Shown: positions 19,317 to 27,355 of the stretch, piece after piece
How positions within the stretch are numbered: position 1 is the first letter of the stretch
Layout of the letters: every line of letters begins with the position of its first letter
Assembly (NCBI GenBank): GCA_045602525.1
Contig: JAZSBS010000076.1
Span: 1-44,618 of the forward strand
Origin: Acutalibacteraceae bacterium
GTDB lineage: Bacteria > Bacillota > Clostridia > Oscillospirales > Acutalibacteraceae
Reading direction: 5' to 3'
DNA length: 44,618 nucleotides
Position numbers and translations under genes: made by a program
The notes under the pieces: generated by a model
Database searches by the model: none
Seen by the model: the letters and a program-made list of their open reading frames with translations, nothing else
Told to the model about the DNA's origin: nothing

Positions 19317-19344
19317 GTGCATTATGCATTATGAATTGTGCATT
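19317..19344 (+). repeat. Four tandem heptamers RTGMATT
   Basis: Reads gtgcatt atgcatt atgaatt gtgcatt. It lies immediately upstream of the -35 of the yfhO-operon promoter. Confidence 0.6.
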
Positions 19345-19353
19345 GATTACATC

Positions 19354-19382
19354 TTGAATATTAAAGTTTTATTTGGTATAAT
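19354..19382 (+). promoter_or_regulatory. Strong sigma-A-like promoter of the yfhO operon
   Basis: TTGAAT (19354-19359), a 17-nt spacer, then TGgTATAAT (19374-19382). Confidence 0.7.
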
Positions 19383-19419
19383 AACTTTTAATGATATCTA
19401 AACGATAGAGGTGAGCAAA

Positions 19420-22038
19420 ATGACCTTTTCACAAAGCAAGCAAACATTACTTAAACCCCAAAAAGAAAAGCGACTGTTTACATTTGTTGTAGCGCTTTTT
19501 ACGGCGGCTTGTCTTTTTGTGCCTTATATGGTAATGAGTGAAGGTTATTTCACCTTTTATGGAGATTTTAATGTTCAGCAAATACCTTTTTACCAGATGT
19601 GCCATGCGGCTATAAAAGAGGGTAATATAAGCTGGAACTGGCTTACCGACCTTGGTTCTGATTTTGTAGGCTCGTATGCTTTCTATCTGCTTGGTAGTCC
19701 TTTTTTCTGGGTAACATTAATCTTTCCAAACAGTTTTGTACCGTATTTAATGGGACCGCTGCTTGTTTTAAAATTCGCTTTTGCGGCGCTTACGGGGTAT
19801 TTATATATCCGCCGTTTTACAAAGACAGCGTATGCCGCAAGTCTTGGCGGTTTGCTTTACGCTTTTTCCGGATTTTCGATATACAACATATTCTTTAACC
19901 ATTTTCACGAGGCGATAATCGTCTTTCCGCTATTATTGCTTGGCGTGGAATTACTGCTTACCGAAAACCGCCGTGGTGTTTTTGCGTTGGCAGTTGCTTT
20001 CTGCGCAATTGTGAACTACTTTTTCTTTTTTGGAATGGTAGTATTTTGCGTAATATATTTCTTTGTACGACTGGGCTCCAACGCAATAAAGGTGAAATTC
20101 TCTCGCTTTTTGGTGTTCTCATTTGAGGCGGTTTTGGGATTGGCTCTTTCGGCGGCATTGCTTGTACCTGCGCTTAATGCTATTATGGGAAATGAACGTA
20201 TTTCTAGCATTCTTATGGGTTGGAATGGAATTACTTACGGCAAAGAACAGATATATCTTAATGTTATACAATGCTTCTTCTTCCCACCTGACCTGCCTGC
20301 GCGTCCTGTTTTCTTTCCTGAGGCTAATGTAAAATGGTCCTCCTTGGGCGGTTGGCTGCCCGTGTTTAGTATGACAGGATTTTTCACTTGGTTTAAGCTG
20401 CGTGAAAAAAGCTGGTTAAAGAGGGTCTTGGCAATTTGTGTGCTTTGCGCATTGGTGCCAATACTTAACAGCGCATTTTACGCTTTTAATACGTCATACT
20501 ATGCGCGCTGGTTTTATATGCCTGTGCTACTTATTGCTCTTGCTACTGCAATGCTTACCGAAGATAAGTCGGTCGATTTTTCCTGTGGTTTACGTTGGAC
20601 TACGGCAATCACACTTGCATTTGTGTTGGTTATCGGATTTTTCCCACAAACCGTTAAAAGCGGGGAAGAAGAAAAAATTATATTTGGTCTTTACACCCAA
20701 AGCGAAAACGGCATGTATATTGCGCGTTTCTGGATAACCAGCCTGATAGCCCTTGTATGCTTGCCTATGCAGAAGCTGCTGTTTGAAACGCTTAAAACCG
20801 ACCGCACAAAATTTTATAAGGGAGCTATTGCCTGCGTTTGCATAATATCTATCCTTTACGGCAATGTGTTTATAGCGCTTGGACGCACACATTCTTATGA
20901 AATTGAGGATGTTATGATTGACTCGCTTATTGAAGGCGAGGTATATTTTGATGATGAAAGCGAATTCAGAATAGATGTTTACGATGGTGTTGACAATACG
21001 GGTATGTATTTAGGATATCCTACTATAAATGCATTTCATTCGGTTGTGTCACCGTCTATTATGGAATTTTATGATTATATTGGAATCGAACGCTCGGTTG
21101 CAAGCCGACCCGATACCGATTATCCTGCCATACGCTCACTGTTGTCTGTAAAGTATTTGATTAACCGTACCGATGGTGACAGCTTTGTGGACGAAGACGG
21201 TAAAACTCTGATGCCCGATTATGAATATATAAAAACCAGCGGCAATTATTATGTCTACGAAAACCAAAATTACGTACCGTACGGTTTCTCGTATGATTAT
21301 TATATGAGTTATGATTTTTGCGACGAATACAGCGAGTCTACTCGCTCACGTCTTATGCTGAAAGCCGTACTGCTTACCGATGAACAGATTGAAAAATATA
21401 GCGAATATATGTCTGACATAGAGGATTTGCAGTACGCAGGTCTATATAATGAGGGCACTATCACCCTAAGTCTTACCGATACGGCAATGGCTGCTGATGC
21501 CGCCGCATTGAAAGAAACTGCGGCCGATAGCTTCAGTGTTGATAATAACGGCTTTACCGCATCTGTTACTCGCGATAGGAAATCACTCGTGTTTTTCTCT
21601 GTTCCCTTTGATGAGGGTTGGACTGCGACGGTCAACGGTAAGGCGGTAGAGGTTGAAAAGGTAAATGCAGGCTTTATGGCTGTGGCAGTGGATGCGGGTG
21701 TATCGGAAATACGTTTTAATTATTGCAACACAGGACTCGGTCTTGGTACGACGATAACACTTGGTGCTGTGCTGATATTTATAGTTTATATACTTGCAAG
21801 CCTGATATATATTAAAAATCATCCTGCAGAAACTGAATATCCCGAGGGCGAAAGGTTGCTTGAAGCGTGGCGTGCCGACGATATAGCCGAGTCGGTGCTT
21901 GATGCTATTGATGACATACCGATTAAAAGCATTTTAGACCGTCTTGACGACCAACCTACAACACAGAACAACGAGATTATAGGCGGCTTTAAGATAGACG
22001 AAAACGCATTCAGTGAGGAGAATGAAAATGAAGCTTAA
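19420..22038 (+). CDS. YfhO-family polytopic membrane protein (GT-C-like glycosyltransferase family)
   Basis: Start at ATG 19420, behind an AGAGGTGA RBS. The N-terminus FYGDFNVQQIPFY, many TM helices, a large extracytoplasmic domain and one terminal TM fit the YfhO architecture. It also has an acidic C-terminal tail of about 85 aa. Confidence 0.75.
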   Translation: MTFSQSKQTLLKPQKEKRLFTFVVALFTAACLFVPYMVMSEGYFTFYGDFNVQQIPFYQMCHAAIKEGNISWNWLTDLGSDFVGSYAFYLLGSPFFWVTLIFPNSFVPYLMGPLLVLKFAFAALTGYLYIRRFTKTAYAASLGGLLYAFSGFSIYNIFFNHFHEAIIVFPLLLLGVELLLTENRRGVFALAVAFCAIVNYFFFFGMVVFCVIYFFVRLGSNAIKVKFSRFLVFSFEAVLGLALSAALLVPALNAIMGNERISSILMGWNGITYGKEQIYLNVIQCFFFPPDLPARPVFFPEANVKWSSLGGWLPVFSMTGFFTWFKLREKSWLKRVLAICVLCALVPILNSAFYAFNTSYYARWFYMPVLLIALATAMLTEDKSVDFSCGLRWTTAITLAFVLVIGFFPQTVKSGEEEKIIFGLYTQSENGMYIARFWITSLIALVCLPMQKLLFETLKTDRTKFYKGAIACVCIISILYGNVFIALGRTHSYEIEDVMIDSLIEGEVYFDDESEFRIDVYDGVDNTGMYLGYPTINAFHSVVSPSIMEFYDYIGIERSVASRPDTDYPAIRSLLSVKYLINRTDGDSFVDEDGKTLMPDYEYIKTSGNYYVYENQNYVPYGFSYDYYMSYDFCDEYSESTRSRLMLKAVLLTDEQIEKYSEYMSDIEDLQYAGLYNEGTITLSLTDTAMAADAAALKETAADSFSVDNNGFTASVTRDRKSLVFFSVPFDEGWTATVNGKAVEVEKVNAGFMAVAVDAGVSEIRFNYCNTGLGLGTTITLGAVLIFIVYILASLIYIKNHPAETEYPEGERLLEAWRADDIAESVLDAIDDIPIKSILDRLDDQPTTQNNEIIGGFKIDENAFSEENENEA

Positions 22039-22288
22039 ATGTAATTTTGTAATCAATAATGTGGCAGGTGAAACGGTTGCCGTGACGGTTGGAAACAGTG
22101 ATTTCAATGGCTATATAAAGCTTAATGAAACAGGCACGTTTATCTTTAAAATGCTTAAAAATGATACCACCCGCGAGGATATTATAAAAGCTTTGATGAA
22201 AGAGTACCCTGATGCCACCCACGAGGCTGCTGTCGAGAGTGTTGACGAATTGCTACAAAAACTTGATAAGGCAGAGCTTTTGGTATGA
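22028..22288 (+). CDS. PqqD-family small protein (RiPP-recognition-element-like fold)
   Basis: MKLKCNFVINNVAGETVAV...FNGYIKLNETGTFIFKML...EDIIKALMKEY...VDELLQKLDKAELL follows the typical clostridial PqqD pattern. GAGGAG lies 8 nt upstream of ATG 22028. It overlaps the yfhO stop. Confidence 0.7.
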   Translation: MKLKCNFVINNVAGETVAVTVGNSDFNGYIKLNETGTFIFKMLKNDTTREDIIKALMKEYPDATHEAAVESVDELLQKLDKAELLV

Positions 22289-22743
22289 AAACCTACGATA
22301 TAAATGCGGTGGAGGAACAGCTTAAAACACAACACAGCGCTGCATATCTTACCAGTGGAGCCAGTATGCGACCACTGCTGCGCACTCATAAGGACATTGT
22401 AGTTATAGTAAAAGCGAAGCATCCGTTAAGTGTAGGTGATGTTCCGCTTTACAAAAAACACGGCGTAGAAAAACTGATACTGCACCGCATAATCGGTGTA
22501 AAAGAGGATGGAACATATATTACGCGCGGCGATAATACCTATCACAAAGAATATATACCTCAAGGTGATGTTGTAGGTGTAATGACCGCCATTTATAGAG
22601 GTGGCAAGTATATTGATTGCGCGACTTCCAAGAAATATAAAATTTATATAAAGTTAAATAAATTTTTCTATCCTTTAAGATGGTTCTGGAAAACCAAAAT
22701 CCGCGCAACTCTGGGTCGCATAAAAAGAAAAATTATATCATAG
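22285..22743 (+). CDS. S24/S26-family peptidase, SipW/ER-type (Ser/His) signature, no TM segment
   Basis: SGASMRPLL is the nucleophile box. LHRIIGV replaces the usual KR(V/L)IG box. RGDN is also present. It forms an ATGA overlap with the pqqD-like stop. Confidence 0.65.
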   Translation: MKTYDINAVEEQLKTQHSAAYLTSGASMRPLLRTHKDIVVIVKAKHPLSVGDVPLYKKHGVEKLILHRIIGVKEDGTYITRGDNTYHKEYIPQGDVVGVMTAIYRGGKYIDCATSKKYKIYIKLNKFFYPLRWFWKTKIRATLGRIKRKIIS

Positions 22744-22755
22744 GCGGGGGTTGTT

Positions 22756-23766
22756 TTGAAAAAAATAAAACTACTCTTAACAGTGCTTTGTTGCGTATTG
22801 TGTTTATCCGCATGTGAAAGCAATATGGGTATAAAGACAAGCAGTAGTCAAAGTGATAGTGTGTCTGTACCACAAATTTCGTTGCCTGAAAATGAAAATA
22901 GTAGCGAGGCGGAAATTACAGTACAAACAAAACCTATACAGGCGGTGATGCCACAGACTGTAGACATCGGTAAAACAATAGCGGTAACAGGAAAACTTGA
23001 AAGCGCTGAATATTCAGGTAAAATTACCGAGCTACAAAGTATATTAAACGATTATTCGCGCAATATTTCGCTTTCGATTTATTCGGTAGACGGTTCAAAA
23101 GGCCTTTATTATAACACCAAGGCGGAGATTTTCGGAGCTTGCACCGTAAAGGCGGCATACACGCTTTATGCTTGTAAACAAATGGAAAATGGGAACGGCA
23201 ATTTAAGCGTGTCTCTTACATATGATGAAAAGCATTATGAACCCGGCACAGGCGATATGCAGTATTCACCCTTTGGTACGGTGTTTACTATGGAAACTGC
23301 GCTGCATAAAAGTATGTCGATAAGCGATAATGTTGGTTATTTGATGGCGGTAGACCATTTTGGACGCGACGGATACAATAACTTTATAAGTGAAATGGGT
23401 TGCGACTCTCTTCAGATAAAACCAACCGTGTGGAGTTTGCGAACAAAGTCGCAGGACCTTGTGAAGTTGTGGTGTGAAATTTACAATTATTTTCAGACTA
23501 ACACCGAGTATTCAAGGTTTTTGTATAATAGTTGCACTAACACGGCGGGCAATTATGCCACAGCCGCCTTAAGCGGTGTGGACTATTCCCACAAGCAAGG
23601 TCATAACAGCACGGGCGACTGGTTATCCCTTAGCGACGCAGGCATTGTGTGGAAAGGCGATACGCCATATATTATCGCAATTCTTACCGATGCCCCGGGT
23701 CCGTCAGGCTACGATGCAGGTGTGTTTGCACAGATAATCCAAATAGTACATAATGACTTATTTTAA
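22756..23766 (+). CDS. Lipoprotein with class-A beta-lactamase / serine-hydrolase-like domain (SxxK position reads CTVK)
   Basis: TTG start behind a GGGGG RBS. The lipobox is LCLSAC. SISDN matches the SDN loop and HKQG matches the KxG box. FGACTVKAAY aligns with the STFK region of class A enzymes. Confidence 0.55.
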   Translation: MKKIKLLLTVLCCVLCLSACESNMGIKTSSSQSDSVSVPQISLPENENSSEAEITVQTKPIQAVMPQTVDIGKTIAVTGKLESAEYSGKITELQSILNDYSRNISLSIYSVDGSKGLYYNTKAEIFGACTVKAAYTLYACKQMENGNGNLSVSLTYDEKHYEPGTGDMQYSPFGTVFTMETALHKSMSISDNVGYLMAVDHFGRDGYNNFISEMGCDSLQIKPTVWSLRTKSQDLVKLWCEIYNYFQTNTEYSRFLYNSCTNTAGNYATAALSGVDYSHKQGHNSTGDWLSLSDAGIVWKGDTPYIIAILTDAPGPSGYDAGVFAQIIQIVHNDLF

Positions 23767-23770
23767 AAGA

Positions 23771-23798
23771 AAAATCCTTGCCGCTCGGCAAGGATTTT
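23771..23798. terminator. Bidirectional terminator
   Basis: Hairpin aaaatccttgccg/cggcaaggatttt. Confidence 0.8.
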
Positions 23799-23801
23799 GT
23801 T

Positions 23802-25073
23802 TTATGATTTGGTTTTCGATTTTTTTGCTTCTTCCTGTTTAATGCGATAGATTTCCTCTGTCGCAAAGGCGAGCTTTGTTATCACGTTTTGTTTTGTGGG
23901 ATAGCAATAAAACGAGTCTTTATCGGTTGAAATATCAACACAGTCGAACGGTTTTATATAACAGTAATCATACTCTATGTGCAAAGCACTTTGACCGAGC
24001 GGCTTACGTTCAATACGGTAGTCCTGTCCTCGATAATGTCCGGTAAGTGTGAAGCCTTCGTTTATATTGTGTGTGAGTGTTGCATCACCCAGATGTAAAA
24101 ATCGCCAACAGCGCGGCAGTGAATAAACGTCAACCTTATCTTCAAAACGGTATGTACCATTTTCGATTTGCTTGCGTACCTCACCGCGTTCCCAAGCGAA
24201 CCAATCGGGCACGTGGCTAAACTCTGTTTCACCGGCATTTGCTTGCAAATTACCGTTCTCAAGTAAAGTCCAACGCTTGCCGCATTCTTCACAAAATATT
24301 TCTACACCACTTGATGCCATTTTGTGTTCAGTTTTACAAGCGGGGCACTGGTAAAGAATTTTGTGTAAACCTTCTGCGCGGAAGGGTTCGGTTATTTTAA
24401 TACCGTTTTCTTTTTGATAACGGTATTCGTCATACTCGAGAGATTCACGTACTACATTGTTTATTTCCTCCACCGACATTTTTTCAACATCTTCAGCAGT
24501 AAGAATTTGTGTAAAAGTAGTATGTAGCGGAACTTTACGCGCGCGTCTGAAATTCCAGAAAGGTGTGCGCAGGTGATTGCCGCGATGCACAATACAGGCA
24601 ACAGGTACCTTGTTCATTTTTATGAGTTTACCTATGGCTTCGGGCAGTATTGCGGTGGTACCGTCGGGGCTGTAACGAGCCTCGGGGTACATACAAAACA
24701 CATCGCCTTTTTGCAGTACACGACGTATAGATTTTACAAGGTGCAAATCGTTTGTAAATTTGCGCTTGCAAATAGCGCCAATAAGCTCCATAAGCCACGG
24801 TCTGCGATAGTAGCCGTCAATAGATACAACGTTGTTTATTCTATGCGGATAGGTAGCTATTGCCGCAAGCTCAAAATCCACAAAATACTGATGATTGCTA
24901 AGCAGTATATAGGGTGGTTTTAAATTTTCGGTATTTATCTTTTCAATCGTATATTTTTGACCTATAAGCACTATTTTGCTCAAAACCCAAATAAGCCAGG
25001 TTATAATACGTGGCTGACGAATAGGGTATTTTGCTGTGTTATAACTTTTTTTATTTCTATAATTAACCTCCAT
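23802..25073 (-). CDS. Lysophospholipid (PlsC-like) acyltransferase with a C-terminal zinc-ribbon-containing extension
   Basis: HX4D motif NHQYFVD. YPEARYS is the FPEGTRS-like box. The later CPACK...CEECGK is a CxxC-CxxC pair. Confidence 0.7.
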   Translation of the reverse strand: MEVNYRNKKSYNTAKYPIRQPRIITWLIWVLSKIVLIGQKYTIEKINTENLKPPYILLSNHQYFVDFELAAIATYPHRINNVVSIDGYYRRPWLMELIGAICKRKFTNDLHLVKSIRRVLQKGDVFCMYPEARYSPDGTTAILPEAIGKLIKMNKVPVACIVHRGNHLRTPFWNFRRARKVPLHTTFTQILTAEDVEKMSVEEINNVVRESLEYDEYRYQKENGIKITEPFRAEGLHKILYQCPACKTEHKMASSGVEIFCEECGKRWTLLENGNLQANAGETEFSHVPDWFAWERGEVRKQIENGTYRFEDKVDVYSLPRCWRFLHLGDATLTHNINEGFTLTGHYRGQDYRIERKPLGQSALHIEYDYCYIKPFDCVDISTDKDSFYCYPTKQNVITKLAFATEEIYRIKQEEAKKSKTKS

Positions 25074-25083
25074 AAAATCCCCC

Positions 25084-25812
25084 TTAATTTTTTGTTTTTT
25101 TCAGTTTGTTAATAATAAAAATCGGTGTGTACATTATAACAAGCACAATTGGCAAGAGTATCGGAAATGCCCATTGGTGAGAGCCAAAAATATTTTCAAA
25201 GAGCACCAAAAAGCTTATGTCGTCAGTCCGCATTAAAAACATAAAATTTGTATCGCACAGGAAATTAACACCCAGCACCACAACGCCCATACAAACAAGT
25301 AAAATCAGGCATTTTGGTGCCATTTTGATGTCGGGTTTTATATCGCCACCTACCGTTAGCATAATTGGATAAATTGCTAAAAGAATATGTATGCTAAAGC
25401 TGTGTATATGCATAAAGTTACCGGGGGGTAATGCCGTCCACGACGGAGTAAGAAGTGCTATAACACCTGCAGGAATACATATCGCATATAAAAAGTTATC
25501 AATAACCTTGGGTTGTTTAAAAATGTGGAACGCCACCAAAAACACGTTTATACTGCACAAATGAAGTGGCAGATAACTGTGCTGATATCTGTCACCAATA
25601 AAAAGGAATACCCATTTCCATGCTTCGTCAAGCAATATAATACTTGCCACAACTATGCGCATAATATTGCGCGTCTTTGGTGACAACTTACGATAAATAA
25701 TTGATACTGAAATCGCCAGAATAATAAAAGCCGCAAGCCATATTAAATGAGTTTTGCTAAACAGACTAAAACCCATACCTTCTTTAATGGTTTCAACGGT
25801 ATCTAAAAACAT
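25084..25812 (-). CDS. YwaF/TIGR02206-like integral membrane protein, paralog 1
   Basis: Start moved to ATG 25812, behind a GAGGTGGG RBS. It aligns end to end with paralog 2. The listed upstream extension overlaps the pncA-like gene. Confidence 0.6.
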   Translation of the reverse strand: MFLDTVETIKEGMGFSLFSKTHLIWLAAFIILAISVSIIYRKLSPKTRNIMRIVVASIILLDEAWKWVFLFIGDRYQHSYLPLHLCSINVFLVAFHIFKQPKVIDNFLYAICIPAGVIALLTPSWTALPPGNFMHIHSFSIHILLAIYPIMLTVGGDIKPDIKMAPKCLILLVCMGVVVLGVNFLCDTNFMFLMRTDDISFLVLFENIFGSHQWAFPILLPIVLVIMYTPIFIINKLKKTKN

Positions 25813-25926
25813 ACATCCCACCTCAAAAATAATATTAACACAAAAAGCGCCAAAAGTCACTAAAAAAATCGTGGTTGCTATGTGTTTTTTTAAGGTGTAT
25901 AATATTTTAAAAAAGGAAGTGTTTTT

Positions 25927-26451
25927 ATGAAAAAGATTTTGGTTGTAGTAGATATTCAAAACGATTTTGTTGACGGTGCGCTTGGCACACCCGAGGCTGT
26001 TGCTATAATTGATAATGCTGCCGAGAAAATCAAAAATTTTGACGGCGATATTTTTGTAACATATGATACGCATTATGAAAATTATATGGGTACTTTAGAG
26101 GGCAAAAAATTGCCTGTGCCACACTGTATAAAGGGGACAGACGGTTGGCAGTTGAATAGCAAAATCGCCGATGCGTTAAATAATAAAAAATATAAAACCG
26201 TAGAAAAATTAACCTTTGGCTCGGTTGAATTACCCGAGCTTGTTAAAGAGGTAATTGGCGATGATACCGCCGAGATTACGCTTATAGGTCTGTGCACCGA
26301 TATTTGCGTGGTATCAAACGCGTTGCTACTAAAAGCAAATTTATTGGATTGCGAAATTTTTATAGATGCCTCTTGCTGTGCCGGTGTAACGCCCGATACC
26401 CACAATGCCGCGCTTGAAACTATGAAATGTTGTCAGATAAATGTGATATAA
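25927..26451 (+). CDS. pncA: Isochorismatase-family hydrolase, nicotinamidase-like
   Basis: Motifs VVDIQNDF, PVPHCIKGTDGWQL and LIGLCTDICV (catalytic Cys) are present. Confidence 0.65.
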   Translation: MKKILVVVDIQNDFVDGALGTPEAVAIIDNAAEKIKNFDGDIFVTYDTHYENYMGTLEGKKLPVPHCIKGTDGWQLNSKIADALNNKKYKTVEKLTFGSVELPELVKEVIGDDTAEITLIGLCTDICVVSNALLLKANLLDCEIFIDASCCAGVTPDTHNAALETMKCCQINVI

Positions 26452-26487
26452 AATTACTCGGTGCTGTTTTCAGCACCGAGTAATTTT
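26451..26487. terminator. Bidirectional terminator
   Basis: Hairpin attactcggtgctg/cagcaccgagtaat with flanking A and T runs. Confidence 0.8.
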
Positions 26488-27238
26488 ATGTATTGACTAA
26501 TTCTTTTTGTTTTGCTTTTACCTTTTTGACTTTATTTACAATAAGTATCGGCAGTGCCATTATAAGCATAATTATTGGCAAAAGTATGGGGAACGCCCAT
26601 TGATGAGCGCCGAATATATCTTCAAAAATTTGTAAAAATCCAATGCCCGCGGTATTCATCAAGAACATAAAGTTCTGATCGAAAGCAATGTTAAGTATAA
26701 GCGCAGGTATAGCAAAACCTATCAGCAGTAATATACATTTTGGCATTGCTTTAAGGTCGGGTTTTAAATCACCGCTTGCCACCAAAACAAATGGATACAG
26801 CACTAAAAACATATGTATCACAAAACTGTGTATATGAAAATAATTTAGGCAAGGCATATTGGTCCAGTCGGGAGTAAGCAGTGCCAACATAGCGCCGGGA
26901 ATACCTATGTAATACAAAAAATTTTCAACTGCTTTAGTACGTTTAAATATACAAAACGTTATAAGCAATACGTTTATACCGCAAAGATGAAACGGCATAT
27001 GACCTATACCAAAGTCGCCAATTGCCGCCGCGACACAGTTTTTAATGGTTTCCATAGCAATAACCGTTACAGCAATCGCTATGCGCATAACATTGCGTTG
27101 CTTTGTGCCAAGCTTTCGGTAAACTATAACGCTCACCGCACAAAGCAAAATAAAAAGTCCAAGCCACAAAAGATGTGTAGTATCATAAAGCTTAAAACCA
27201 ACGCCCTCAGGCATTTGAGTCTCTGATAAGAAAAACAT
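26486..27238 (-). CDS. YwaF/TIGR02206-like integral membrane protein, paralog 2
   Basis: Start moved to ATG 27238, behind the same GAGGTGGG RBS context. About half of positions are identical to paralog 1 by eye, for example HLCGINV, FHIHSF and GAHQWAFPILLPI. Confidence 0.6.
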   Translation of the reverse strand: MFFLSETQMPEGVGFKLYDTTHLLWLGLFILLCAVSVIVYRKLGTKQRNVMRIAIAVTVIAMETIKNCVAAAIGDFGIGHMPFHLCGINVLLITFCIFKRTKAVENFLYYIGIPGAMLALLTPDWTNMPCLNYFHIHSFVIHMFLVLYPFVLVASGDLKPDLKAMPKCILLLIGFAIPALILNIAFDQNFMFLMNTAGIGFLQIFEDIFGAHQWAFPILLPIIMLIMALPILIVNKVKKVKAKQKELVNT

Positions 27239-27326
27239 AATTCCCACCTCAAAGGCATAATAACACAGATATGGCAAAATGTCACTAAAAAGTTTAAAAA
27301 TCGTCATTTTTTGCGCTATGGCGTTG

Positions 27327-27355
27327 TTGACAAATTTTTGCCATAGGTATATAAT
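27327..27355 (+). promoter_or_regulatory. Consensus sigma-A promoter of alaS
   Basis: TTGACA (27327-27332), a 17-nt spacer, then TATAAT (27350-27355). Confidence 0.7.

Noticed and set aside
18715-19344. Calling the IR-flanked XRE cassette a MITE or insertion element
   Set aside because: There is no transposase and no target-site duplication (flanks are cgct and gattac). No second copy is visible in the window. It is kept as a repeat observation, not annotated as a mobile element.
19317-19344. Heptamer repeats as a possible CRISPR or minisatellite array
   Set aside because: The units are 7 nt with no spacers, and there are only four copies. There are no cas genes.
25813-26073. An 87-aa N-terminal extension of the YwaF-like ORF that overlaps the pncA-like gene on the opposite strand
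   Set aside because: The internal ATG 25812 has a strong GAGGTGGG RBS, and the paralog begins at the equivalent residue. The extension has no homology to the paralog.
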